A model generated the notes under the pieces. It did not search any database. It worked only from the letters and a program-made list of their open reading frames with translations, and was not told the origin of the DNA. Below are positions 1 to 13,556 of a stretch of DNA of 64,000 nucleotides, piece after piece; the first letter of the stretch is position 1, and the number at the start of each line of letters is the position of its first letter. The DNA is from Amoeboaphelidium protococcarum X5 (taxonomy: Eukaryota; Fungi; Aphelidiomycota), in contig JALDTO010000154.1 of assembly GCA_023515725.1 (NCBI GenBank), positions 62,001-126,000 on the forward strand, in the 5' to 3' direction. A program made the position numbers and the translations under genes.

Positions 1-3000
1 AGTTCCGCTTTTCTTTCATCTGAATACATTTATAAAGTTGAACTTGTTTCTTTTTTCCTTAACTTACTTGATACTCTTTGGAGCAGAATTTTTATTACAA
101 TGTCTCAGAAAGTGCAAGAATAGCAGGTTTAATTATAGTAAACCTCTGACGTGGAATAGTGTCAAGTTATTGTAGCTCTGGTCCAGTAGATTCTTGGTGG
201 TCAAGATATATTGGTGGCAGACTTGTTGAAAGCTTTGTAAGAATTTGCATCATAACATTCATCTTCAGGAGAGAAGAAGGTAGAAGTTTATGTCCTAATA
301 TGCTCCGTATTGGAATTGGCATTCAGCCCAGATTTATCTGACTTTGTGCAAGACTACCGAGATTTGATGCTGGACGAAGTTGGAAAAATGTTTAATCTAA
401 AGGAGATGTGTGATACTCTCAAGAGCGGATCCAAGGGTGCCCACTTCAATTAAGATTTACGCCAGATCCAGTTAAGAATTACGATGGCTAGAATTGTTGC
501 TTTGATGTTTATGAATTTGCCAAATGATTTTGATCTGATTCTCAATACTGTGTTAGATATGAATTCTAGTGACTATGTATTCCCGCTGATGTTTAGTTGT
601 ATTCCTGCTTAAGTTGACCTGATATTATCGCTGGTATAGTAGAAGCAATAGGCGCATAATTAACATGCTAACGGTGTTGGTAGAGATTTTGACGATGGTC
701 ATGTTCAAACGTAGGTGGACAAGATTTAATAGATGGTAGACGGTGATCTCTCTGGTCCAAGCAAAAGCGCGATCCTTATTTACATCTCCTCAGCTGTAAA
801 GACTATGGCGGACAAGGTTGCTTAGAGTTCTGGGCCTCGTTTGAATATTGAGCAATTACTTATCAGTGCCGTCCAATTTGGTGCGTTATAGTTTATTTGT
901 GATCAAGTAGTTCCATTTAAGTCGGACGCTGTTTTTAATTTCGAGGACAAGTCGCATGGTTTATAGAGGAGGTAGATGTATGAATTGCTGTATGCCTCTA
1001 ATCATTGGTCTAATCATCTTATTTATGCCCAGCTCACTTAAGCTATGAATGGCTTGATTAACAAGTTTTCTGAAGTGGTGAGACTCATTAAATCTTTAGA
1101 TGAAGGCTTTAACTAGCAGTAGAGTAGTCCGCAGAAATTAGGTAAAGGTAGATCCCGTTTGTTCGGTAGTCTTGTACAAACTAATCATATATCCAGCACA
1201 AGCACAGTCAAGGACTCGTAGTAAATAAGTGAAAAGTCCGCTCCGCACCAGAAGCAATATTTGGTTTAGATGCTCGAATTATTGTGTGATTTATTTGCCG
1301 CATATCCTCAGAATGCCACTCAGCTGCTTGGCCATAGAAAGAGAGCAATTCTTCGCTAATTATATGACGACAAAAGTTCTCATATTCAGTCAAGATGTTT
1401 GTACTATAAGATGCTTGGACTGGCGGCATTAGATTCGGATTGTGCCACCCAAGTTTATGATTTCCTATGCAGTTACTCCGTGTCTTCAACTCTTAGTTGG
1501 AGTTATCTCAATTCAGCTCTGGATCATTACATTAATGAGATGCACAATTTGAAGACTGATTATAATTAAGAACTTATTTTGAGTGATGATATCGAACTAT
1601 TGAAAGCCATGTTGTTCTGCTTCGCGTCTGTGGTATCTTCAAGTGTTAGTGCAAAGTATGCTCTATATGATAATGGCTAGACTTTGAAGCGTCTGTTTGA
1701 TCTACTAGTGTGCCATCTACCTACTGAATTAAAGGCTGCACATTTGGATGCAATTGCTGCTTTTACTACTGTTTTACATCCAGCTGATTCTGGGGAACAT
1801 TCTGTGGTATAGCATGGTGGATAAAACGATATGCAATTGGTGTAGAATTTCAATTTGAATATTTGGCAGTTGTTAGAGTTGTCAAACTTCTTGCCGGCCG
1901 ATTACAATGGTGGCTATGTGCACGACTTTGAGCAGGTTGAAGTTCGTGAAGGTTGGTATTATGAAAGCGTTGCATTTTGCCGTCTTATGTCTCACCTTCT
2001 CCAACCTATGAGTCGAATTTCAAGTGCAAAATATTATGATTTTGCTTATGAAGGATAGAGATGTATTGATATTATGTTGCATGATTAGTTGGTGAATAGC
2101 TCTTAGCCTGGAGGCAGATCTATACTGGATAAGTATTTGTAATTCGTCATGGAGCGCATAGTTTGCAGACTAGATCTGATTCCTTTCAATGATACTGAAC
2201 AGAGATGGAAACTCTATGACTATTGCTTTAGATCTGTGGAATCTGTGTTGTACAGCATCGATATCAATCTGATACAAAATAAGAGTTTCTTGTAAACACT
2301 TAGGAATAGTCAGGATTAATTTAGATCTTTCGCGTCTCATCCGTCTATAAAGTGTCTGATAATGCTGTGCTCTAATGAAAAGGTGATCAAGTCATTGTTC
2401 CACGTGTGCATGGAAGGTTGCGAGCGTTTAGATTCTAGTGAACATGGTGCTAATTATAGTAGCTCTATCACTAGGTGTCTTAGAATTGTGCTGCAGTTGC
2501 TTTGTATGTAAAACGCATTGATGGATCTTCTGCCGGAGCTTTTGCGTATAAATGGTTACTAACCGCTGGAGTTCCGCAGCGTTATAGATTATTTATCTAG
2601 AAATGGTCCGGTGGTATGTCAATTGGCCAGTTATGTCGCGTCTTAGTCCTATCCTGAGGTGGCGTATGTTTCGATGCGCATACTAAAGCTACTGTCTCGA
2701 TCAAACTTATTTGCTCAGTAAACTTCTCATTAGATATCCGGTTCTGGTGGACTACTGTTCTGCATGCTCAAAGACTCGCCGCTACTTGAGCGTATTATCG
2801 CAGGTTATCAGCTGAGATTTACCAGCGAAGATATGAATGGTTCTACTTCTGTGTCCTTAGTCATGGACGGCTCCAATGAGAACATATAGTGGCTCAACAC
2901 TAACAAAGTATTTAGTTTGAAGTTTATCGCCGACTTGTTTGAAAGAAAATAAAGTTCTCTCGGCTTGTTACTTCTTGGTTTGCATTAGAGACTGGATTTA

Positions 3001-4692
3001 TGGTAGAGTGATGGTGATGCTAATGTTATTGAATTCGCCAATGCCCCTGGTTGTAAAGCTTTATTGGAGCTATTTGAGGAAAATCATCAAGTCCTTAGTC
3101 ATCTGAATGGTTAACGTTTGGATGATTTGCCTTTTTGCAGTTTACCACCTTAGTTGCGCCATGCTGAAAGCTTTACCTATTTGTTGAGTATCATAAAGTC
3201 TCTAATGTCGTTGCCTAATCTTGGCCGTGCCTTTGTACGTTATCTCAAATATTCAGTTGGTTTCTTTATTTAATCCCTCGACGTAATCAGCAGTCCAATT
3301 GTCGGTCATGTTAAAGAACTGTAATCACCAGCTAAGATGCTTATACTGGAATAAATGCGCTAGAAATAGCTTCTGCTCTCCATCTTGGCTCTGCATTTGA
3401 ACTATGCTAAACTGGATAATGATAATTCATATTGCTCTCACTTTGCATCCAACCTTCTTACCAACTGTTCTTCAATGTTTAGTGAATTGCTCAAGTAGTC
3501 GTGTAGTCCGGACATTTTAGTGTCCTTTACTCAGTCACAAATCTCTGAATAATAGGTGGATCAGTCTATAATTTAAGATTATTCGTCTGTCGATGCTAAT
3601 GGTTGCCTTATTTATGACATTATGCAATTGAAGACTGTGTTCGATCTTCAAATGAATGTTTCCAAGTAGGACGGGCAACCGATGTAGGCACAACATTAAT
3701 AACTTTTGCACCATATGGAAGAGATGAATTAGATATCTTTGATTATTTACATAAGATCGTAGATTATTCTATTAACCAGTAACATCCTGTAACTGCTGTC
3801 TCCGTATATGCTTTAATTGACCGCGCCATAGGATGTTTTACAAAGTTTCGTTGATTTGATGCACATACGCTCATTGCATTAGGATGATTATACTCGCCTT
3901 GCTGAGAGTTACTTGGTGTTATCTCAAATTCCGTCGGCTGGTTAAAGTAATTTAATATCCTTCGTTAAAGACATTTGTGTGCTCATTAGTTTCAAAGATC
4001 GCGGTATTGCGTATAGAGGAAATTTGTATCTGAGTCTTCTAAGTTTTATATCTGGTGAGCATGCATAGCCAGATATGGTTCAGCATTTGAAGGGGATATT
4101 GAGAACTGTTGCATAACCATAATCATTGGATATGTTGTTTAGAGACTGTTCATCATCTGGAGATTAATCATGGTCTGCCACAGCATTGTCTTTGATTGCC
4201 CACATTCTCTGTGCGTGTTCTCGTATAAGTTCCGTTCTGATTGCTCGCACCGTGTTGGATCAGATGAAAAAGCAGAATATCATCAATCAGTAGCTGTCCC
4301 ATCTGTTGAACGAGGATGATGGTAAAATATGTCAGAGTCTACGTAGTGGAGACGTATAATCCTCAATGGTTGTCTATATCAGCAGAATGTCTTTGCTCCA
4401 AGCTGTGGCTCTCTTTGAAGAAGGATGTATTATGCTGGATGACTGTGACATCTTTTCCGTGTTGTAAAAGCTGCAATTTCCTCAATTGTTACTTCAATCG
4501 TCCAACTTTACTAATGCTGGTGCAAATAAAAGAGATAAAGGTGATCAATCCGCCCAAGTTACCACGTCTTATCTAATTGATTTAGCCACTATGGTTGGGA
4601 GTAAACTGTGCAAAAGCGTCGCTGTCCAGAAAAAGTACTCAGCATTCATGACCAAGTATGCTGGATTCATATCCGATGACCCTGAATAATGA
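1..4692 (+). CDS. NUP205: Nucleoporin Nup205/Nup192 (5'-partial; starts before the window)
   Basis: Frame +1 is open in the stretches read when TAA/TAG=Gln and ends ...DDPEQ-TGA at 4690-4692. Motifs LFDLLVCHLPTELKAAHLDAIAAF and IWQLLE...DFEQVEVREGWYYESVAFCRL resemble Nup205/Nup192. Confidence 0.8.
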
Positions 4693-5218
4693 GATGAAAT
4701 TAGGTTATTATGACCTGATCTTTTTTATTCATTTTGTTCATAGATAGCTTTTGCGTCCAAGTTGAAACGCGCGATAAGACATTCATACTGGGCAGTTAAA
4801 TAATTCAAGCACGACTCCGCAACAGTTATGGCGATCAATGGATGGTGAGAATAATAGATCTTCGGCAATGCTCGCTCACTCGGGAACTGACGAGCGCGCG
4901 TGTTCTGAAACCAAAATTTTGTTCCGCGGCGACTTGTTTCAGCGACCAGAAAAAAATTTCTTTCTTCTCTCTTCAACAACAAATAATAGCTGTGGCTACT
5001 CTATCACTGTACCAATTGCTGCATAGTATAGTAGTAGCATTGAGTGCCTGGAGTATTGGCTTATTGTCTATATCCCCATATAAACACATTCTACTGTACA
5101 TTTGCATATACTTTCAAATTGTTCATCCATTGTTGATTTGAATCTCACAAAGTGTGTAAATACATAGTCAACTGCAGATATACTTTCTCACCTATAAAAA
5201 TTATACAAATTATACATA

Positions 5219-6575
5219 ATGGAAGGATTCACTGATAATGAAATTGAGTAGTTGGAAGCAGAGTTGAATAACACCCAGTCTGGTACTTTATAAGGACATG
5301 GCTCAGATGTGGATGATATTTCAAGTTAAGGTGACGATGACTCTGTGCACTATGACATTCATGGGAATATTATTATGAAAGGTGGAGGGGACCGCTCTCA
5401 GGCTGGACACTCTTCATATGGAATTCAAGGTAAGCTGTCAATTTACATACATTTATAATTCCATTTTATATAATGATCCAATGTATGTAGATAGTTAATA
5501 GATAAAATAGCACAGTGGTCAACCTCAGCCTGTAGTTGATCGTTTCTCTCAGATACACACTGATGATGGAAGTATAAGTCATAATGCAGATTATCAGTCT
5601 TCTGCTTCCTTTGGTGCAGCATCTGCAGACTAATTGTAATATAGTGGGTAATTTGATCCTGTGTAGTATGGGTAGATGGTGTAGATGCAGCAGTATTATG
5701 CTGAGTAGTAGGCAATGATGGTGGCTTAAAAAATGATGTTGTAGCAGTAGTAGTAATAGTAGAATAGAAACCTCTGTCGCAAGTGGCCTCAATGCCCGTA
5801 TGGAGAGTCATGCAGATACTTTCATCCTGTGCCTCTATCTCCTAATGCATCTCAGCACTTTAATATGATGTCTCCACTTACCTTGTCATAACTATAGCTG
5901 GTTCCACCTTAGGCTCTGTAATTGTAACAGCAGCAGTCCTTGTAATCGCCCATATCTTAGACTATCCCGGGTGATTAACCTCTATTTGGAGCTAATACTG
6001 CTAGCTCAGAGTTGCAGTAATAGCAGGCACTATCTCCCCAGCAGATATATGGAATGTCTCCTGGACTGTAATAGTATCATCTACCTGTATCTTTTGGAAT
6101 GTATCCTTCTTTCAATGTACCACCTACAGCGTATCCTCATATGCGCTCATTTGGCAAATAGAGGCAGTATCAGAGTAATTCATACAGAACCTAACTCTGC
6201 CGAAACTATCCAGATTGTCCATATGGTGATAATTGTCGTTACATCCACCCTACCGTTCCTCTCACCATTCCATCTGCTGAAGAATAGCAGTTGTTACAAT
6301 AACAATAATAATAAAATCAGGTACAATCAGAATAGTAACATTCATCTGGTCCCCTTAAGGATATTTCTTTGGAGCATTAACCGGAAGAAGTCAAGAGTAA
6401 AGTTGATGCCGGTGATGTGATAAAGTAGGATTAAGATGAGCCGCTTCAATCAAAGTCTAAACAGTAATAATAGCAAGGTGGAAGTGCAGCCTCTCAAAAC
6501 TCGCCTCAGAATAAAGGCTCAAGTGATAAAGATAAGTAATCTAAGGCGTCGTCGAAGAAGAAATCTAATAGGTGA
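5219..6575 (+). CDS. Gln/Pro-rich protein with two CCCH zinc fingers; join(5219..5429,5491..6575)
   Basis: Fingers LCRKWPQCPYGESCRYFHP and YRTQLCRNYPDCPYGDNCRYIHP (TTP/ZFP36-like lead-in). Intron GTAAGC...ATGTAG at 5430-5490 restores the frame. PolyQ is written in TAG/TAA. Confidence 0.8.
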
Positions 6576-6672
6576 CAAGATCCGTGACCATCTAACCCGA
6601 TGCATTAAGCTAATATACTCGTATATATTTTATATTGCTACACATTTCATTTTTGTCATTGCTGCTACATGT

Positions 6673-8883
6673 TCATGGTGTCCAGACAGATGAATCCATA
6701 TCTAGACGCCTAGAGCCTATTGCACACTTTCAAGGTAATCATTCTAAAGACTTGAGATCTATGGCAATCAGAGTTTACAATCTTTAATCAGATAGAACTT
6801 TGTCCACCAAATGCAATATGCGACTTTAAACGCCATCTGACTCTACCGATGTCTATTGCTTCTCTTTAATATAAACGCGACTCTGTTTAGAGTTTACATA
6901 CGCAGCATGTGCAAGGCTATTCAGAGCTTTGAACGCACTCTGGCTCATTTCAGATAATTACTCAAGTTCTTGCTTAACCAGATTATCTTTAATCGTCGGA
7001 AAAAGAGACTGAGATAATTTTTCGATCCATCCAGACACCGCATCAGTCCTTCTACTCACCAAAGCCATAAAAATGTCAACACGATCATCTGCCATGTCGC
7101 ACAATTTCTCAATCATCTAGTGTCCCGAAACATTAATCTCTCGAGACTGATCATTTAGAGCCTGCGAGATCAGAGCGAATATTTCTGATATCTGCTAAGC
7201 GCGGTTCTTTGCCACGGAACATGAATCATATAGCGGTTGATCTTACCAATTGGAGAAAAGTATAAACTGCAGACAATCATACGCTTTCTACCTGCATTCA
7301 AGTCCATCATCAATTATGTGCTTAAAAGGTCCCATCTCAACAACTCTAACCAGTGACTCGTCCACCATAGTCTATGATTTAAGCTGATGAAGTAACTTGG
7401 CATAACTTTCTCCACTTAAGCGTTGTGCCTAAGCATCTTTCAATACTGAATCCAACGCGGACACTAGTTTCTTCTTCTCTTCAAGATCACCCTAATTAAC
7501 ATTTCGAGAGAGCAAAGCGTCCACTTTTGCCTAAAAGTCTTGATCATTGTTATTTTTACTATTCCGCTGAGTTAAATAATGTTGTAAATGCGCATAAAGT
7601 TAACTAGCAGTACTACCGACCATCTTATTTCTATCTGTGATGCGAGACTGCAGCTTTTACTACAACTTATCAATCACCTGCGAGTCTGCCACCAATGAAG
7701 TGTCGCATAAAGCATAAATTAACTAGAGAGCAGCAATTCTAACCAAATGGGACTGGTCGTCATAGTCAATCTCATTATCTTCAAAGTCTTCATCATCTGT
7801 TAGATCCTCATCGTCTTCTGCCTCCATCATATCATCATCATCATGATCAATCACACTATTAGGATCAAATGTGACGAAATAATCAGCTATACCATACAGC
7901 TATGAGTATTGATTAGACTCGGATATCAATTTCTATTGAGTTATTGCAACTAAAACTTTGATAATCATTGAGCACAGTTCGGCGTATCCTTCAACTTCAG
8001 CATCTTCATCAACAACTTTGTATTAATCAAGAGAAGTTGTACAATACACAAATACTCTAGATACCATCTCACCTTCAAATTCAATATCACAACTCATCAA
8101 CGCGCACAATGACTTTACCAGAGCCACTTTTACACCATCACTACTTTGATGCATCTTATTATCATCAGATTCACCAAGTCCAGACAGAATATAATTCACA
8201 ATATCACGACAACCTTCAACGCTAAGGTAGACTGCAGAAGAAGATAGAATTTATAAAAGTTTCTTACTAACTAAAGAGTTCTAACAGGTGGATAACAACT
8301 TCATCGATATGACCTTTATCCGGGGCATAAGATCATAGATCAGCTAGCCGTAATTACTAATTAATTCTAAAAGTAATGAAAGTCCTTCTGCATTAAAAAT
8401 GCTATTCTAGTCAGTTATAATAGTCGCATTACCAACACCTTCTAAAACTTGGAGCAATTACTCAACCACAGGTCTCACTACAGCTCTAGCATCAGGAGAT
8501 CTTTTACTAATCTTGCCAGCAAATACCAACTTTAACGTCAGAATTGCAACATCTTGCTAGTTCTACTACTACAAAGATTAGTTTGCTGATGTCTTATCCG
8601 AGGATAAAAATGAGCATAAAGTCTCTGTAATCTACGAAAACTTTGACGGATTCATCTGCAAGACTTAAGATGTACACTTGATGGCAGCAGATTAGACTTC
8701 AGCATTCTGATCACTCAGTAACTTCAAGACACAGCGGACAAATTCTTAGGTACATACACTCATAGCCTCTTTATAATCACCTCCAGACGTGGACACCAGA
8801 TTAGTTAAATCATTCAATGCCATAAACTTGAAATCTGCATCATGAGATTCCAACTTTTAAATCAACTAATGTCCAGACAACAT
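6673..8883 (-). CDS. CAND1: CAND1/TIP120-like HEAT-repeat protein, unusually short (736 aa)
   Basis: N-terminus QKLESHDADFKFMALNDL, acidic tract followed by DDQSHLVRIAA, and C-terminal TIP120 motif [28 protein letters not shown]. Confidence 0.85.
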
Positions 8884-9426
8884 TTTCTATTAAAACTGAT
8901 ATATTGCTACTCTAAATAAGAGTTTTAATATACGCTCAAATGTGGTATAATGAAATGTCAGATACTACACACTAATTCGTACGTGACCAAATACGTAAAG
9001 AAGGAAAGAGAGAACTACTCGAACGAAACGCGTTCAATCTCATGCTTGTTTTTCGACCTGTCGTCTACCGGGTAACTGTAATCGTGTGAGAGTGCTAAAT
9101 TCAGCGCCGAGAGAAAGCGCTTAGAGAAAGCAACGATGTATTGCAAGAGAGAAAGAGAGACAGAAATAGAGATAAAAGACTAAAAGCACAAGGACAAGAA
9201 ACGCGATATGAAACGTCACCACTAAGGATATTGAGTTGCATTAAAATGATATTATCGCGTCTATAAAGTGCAAATGAATAATGTGTTGTTTCAGCTCCTT
9301 ATACTGAAGAAAGAAGACAGGGGGACTGGTGTTTAAACAAAATTTAAAGGTATTAAGACTTTATATCTAACAGCCTACCCGATTTAGTGCAGATATTCTT
9401 CATTATACTCTTTTTGTCACTTCAAC

Positions 9427-11313
9427 TCAATTGGAACCACTATTCCAAAACTTTAAGCGCTACAAAGCCAGCGCGATGGAACGGCGCCAAGATCTCTTCT
9501 TATCCAACGTCATATACCAAGGATGGTGAGCTTTGTAGGAGGAGAGTATGGCTTCTTATTTAGCAGAAAGATCTCTATGCTTACGCAGCAATGCAAAAAG
9601 ACGGTACCACCGATTTTGAAGGCAAGTTTCCAACAGAGGTATGGGATCGACCAATTGATAACCTTGTTTGAATAGTTTCTACAACTTGACAAAATCAACC
9701 GCACCACCCTCCTTTTTATTGCGCGCAATCTCCAGCAGGACAATGTCATCAATAGGTAATAGCTTGCTCTACAGTTGGTCGACTTGATTCTACAATTCGT
9801 TCAACTTTAGAGAATCTCTACCAAGATCAGCGAGCCTGTTCTGATAGTCTCTGTGTCTGGCTTGATCATTGCGGCACTATTGGATGTACATATGCTGCCT
9901 CATAAAGTCATCTTTCAATAGATCAACTTAAGGATATGTACTAACTTATTAAAGTACCATGTCTGCAAAACGATCAGCACCGGGGAGTGTTGATGACATG
10001 CTCAATACAAATCTCAACATCTCTTTCACCATACGAGGGAGTAATACCTGCTTTTACAAAGCTAAATTGCTATTTTACACCTCTAGCAATAGGCCTCTCA
10101 TCCCTTTAACCAAGTCTGTATTTATGCCAAATGAACCAGCGAAAATTACTTTATACATTGGATTGTAAACGCTTTTACCATCCAAAAACTACGCGACAGT
10201 CAGCGGACCACTATGAGATGGGACTTTACTGATGACAGGTACAGGCTTCTGTAGACACATGTTCACATCTTCTAATTGGAAGAACATAGATACACGTCCT
10301 ATCACCTTGAAAACATTTTCGCCACCAAACTTGAAATAGTGAGCCTTGGCAAGTACTGCCAGATATCCCCACGGTTGGAATCTTTCATCTCCAATCATGA
10401 GACCATTCTCAATTAAACTTGACACAAAGTCAGCGCGTCCTGAAGATTTGGAGTACAGGTGCTCTTGAAAAATTTCATTTAGCTCGGTCCCTCCAGCCAT
10501 GTCCATAGCCTGACGCGTCACTTCATCTAAGAATTTCCCCTAGTTACTTTGATACTATGCCAATAACTTGAAGCCATCTGCAAACAGTTGTACCAGCTTC
10601 TACAAGACTTTATCATCCACAGGCCACGACTCTTGTTACACTCTCGCCTCAAAGAGTCCAAAACCAAACGCAATGACATGGGCAGATACAGAATCATACT
10701 TGCCACGACACATGAGTAGAGACCATACTAGCAACTGGCGCAGATTCTCATCTTCAAACTCGAGCAGACGCGAAACCAACTCGACCTACTGCATATAAAC
10801 TGGCGTCAGCATTCTAGACGATACAACTCCCACAGGATCAGGCTGATCAATAGCATTCAGCTCTTTCACAGTAAACAGAGGGAACTGACGTTATAGCGCC
10901 ATGTATCTGCACACGGAGGAATAATCGTTGCATGTACGAATTATATCGGTGATCGAGTCCTTGGCAGCCCACAGATCCAGATATACCTGCTCATAGTTTT
11001 AGGGGAAGACAGGCTTTTTTTGCGATAGTTCTTCAGAAGTCTTAGGCACAGCTATATAAGATTCAAAAATCTGTTTAATCTTCTCTTACGCATCAGGCGA
11101 TAGGAGTTTCACAAACGATAGTTTATATTAAATAGCAGGATTCCACTCACTGCCTAATGAGAGTTGATCCAAAGCATTCAAATCATTCAGCTATGCAGCA
11201 CGCGAGATGGCAAATTGATATGGATATCCATAATACAGGTTAGATATGAAAGTATTAGCATGCACAGCATAGTGCTGCAACACCACGAAAACAGTCAAAA
11301 AGGAGATCCACAT
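9427..11313 (-). CDS. Secreted protein family A, copy A1 (628 aa, unknown function)
   Basis: Signal-peptide-like MWISFLTVFVVLQHYAVHA. Shares YPYQFA, QVELVSRL, CRGKYDSVSAHVIAFG and HHPWYM..KRSWRRSIALALQRLKFW with A2 and A3. Confidence 0.85.
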
Positions 11314-11435
11314 TACTTTGCTGAATGACATGTCCTATAAACACCAATAAGATGGATGGATAGATATATAGACAGACAGACAGACAAAGTGATCTTCAGT
11401 AGATCGACCGACAATTATCGCTGACCAACCTAAAA

Positions 11436-11470
11436 GTGGCGTATCGTGGCAAAATTAGTCCTGCGCCACA
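11436..11470. promoter_or_regulatory. Inverted-repeat motif in the A1/B1 divergent promoter
   Basis: GTGGCG (11436-11441), 22-nt spacer, CGCCAC within CTGCGCCACA (11461-11470). The same motif occurs in the other two A/B intergenic regions. Confidence 0.65.
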
Positions 11471-11591
11471 TTGATCTGATTATAACCCATCGGTCGTTGC
11501 TGTAAGATCTTGAAATCCGTGAAATCTTATTCCTAGTACATACATATCAGAGTTTGTACGCAGGTAAAAGACTGATAAAGATAGAACCATC

Positions 11592-13556
11592 ATGAATCTG
11601 AGAATTGTTTTATCGCTATTAACATTTATAGTTGCAATCTCTGCTATGGTACCCCAAAGCGCGCAGTTCTCTGGCCGCTAAGATATTGGTGTTGGTACAG
11701 ATGATCAATTAGATGGCTCATCTACTAATGTCGCTCAGTCTTAACGTCCGTCATATAAGGTGCGATGCTCTTTGAGTGCTGGGCTTGAAAGACTCACTCG
11801 CTACTATGCATCATAGGGAGATCTTGAATCGTTTGCCACGTCCTTGGCTCCGTCCTCTAAGTTGGCATGGTATTATGCTGATGCTTTTGGTTTGCTAGAT
11901 CACAAGATGAAGATGAATCTGCTTGATGAAGGTTAGTTCTCCTTGAACCTGGAGGATAGTGAGGTACTTGGTGTTGCCGAGTCTGTTGCGTACGCGAAAC
12001 AATAGCTTGGTGACCCAATGAGACCTTTGATTGGAGCTGATATTCACAAGATTATCTTTTCTAAAAATACAGAGCAGCTGGTAGCTTTAGTCATTTACAT
12101 TGTCGCTGAGTAGCTTGAACTCTTTCCTATGTTCTATGAATCAATGTCTTTATATCATTTTAATCGTGAGATTCTTCGAGATTATGATTCTACTGAAAGC
12201 ATTCAGCTGGATGATCGCTTGCTGACTGGGCTGGTTGCTGTCACGGTCCTTTTGTTAAATGAGTGTCATTATCAATTTCTATAGTGGGTCTTTGATGTGA
12301 TCTAGTTGGGAACCAAATAGCTGGAGTATGCACGCGTTTGCTAGCGTCAGATGTTGCAAGATTCTAGTGATATGAGGGATATTTGTATAACAATCTCTCA
12401 TTTAATATAACGTTAGTCTCTTGAACAAATAAGGATTAGATAAAAAAAGTTCTTATAGTATTAACCCCGAGTGTAAGCAATTGCTGCATAGTTTAGATAT
12501 TATACAGAGTAGAGCGAAATGAAGACTTCCATGGATACAGTACTGGTCACAGTGATGTAATCTCAAGCCAAGGATCGGAACATTAAAGAAAGATAATTAC
12601 TTATTTGGATGATGAATGGTGTCAAAAACTCTTTCAATGATCACATTGAGGCTGATACTAATCTAGGTGCCGATTTGGAGGCATTGGAGAACTTTTTCTC
12701 GATTTATGCCGACTTTTGGAATTTAATTAACGTCCCAAAGGCAGGGCAAGTCCCATTGACTCTGTAGAGGATCTTGTAGTTAGAGAAGTTTGATGAGAGT
12801 AAGCCGTACTACTCGATGTTGCTGTTGGGCCTTTAGCACAAATTTGTCAACTAAATTGTCCCTCCTGTGTCCCGTACTTACCAAAGCGAGTTCAATTTCA
12901 CCCTTTTGAAAATACTAATGAAGTTCTTCTCTGCTTACTGGAATGCAGTGTCAACTAACGATGTAAAGGAATTCTCTGAGTTGTCTTTAATTACGAAGTT
13001 GATACCATTAGAAAATGACAATATTTTACTTGGCCCTGATCAGCTGACTAGTTTGGAGACCGTCATTGGTGAAAACGTTCAGCCGCTCTAGTATCCGAAT
13101 CTTTACCGGAAGTTCAGCTTGTCGCGCCTTGTAATGTACATTGCCACTAGACAGGAGGCTACTGTTGAGACTCTGATGGGTGTTTTGTTGTTTTGCGTAC
13201 AGTATGACATATAGGATGGTATTGATAAATTTACTGGGTTGATAGAGAAGGCGACTGGCTAATCTTTGGATTCTGTAATATTATCGCCATCTGTAGATTC
13301 TAGTATTGAGTCATCATAAGTGAAAACTACCCGCTCTTGGTTAAAGCCTTTTGGATTGTTGAAGGCTGATTTGCCGGTCGCCAGTAGTGAGCGCGTCGAT
13401 TCCGGCCCATTTGACCAATTGAAGGCTTATGGTTCTCTGAGCAAATTCTATGAAAGTTATAAGACAGCAAACGAATAGAAGCAAGATACTGAAGTGGAAT
13501 CCGCGGCACAAGTATAGTAATTGCGCGACGCTGATAAATTTGATTAGACAAAGTGA
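11592..13556 (+). CDS. Secreted protein family B, copy B1 (654 aa, unknown function)
   Basis: Signal-peptide-like MNLRIVLSLLTFIVAISA. Shares SKLAWYYADAFG, ADIHKIIF, VIYIVAEQ and TVETLMGVLLFCVQYDI with B2 and B3. Confidence 0.85.
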
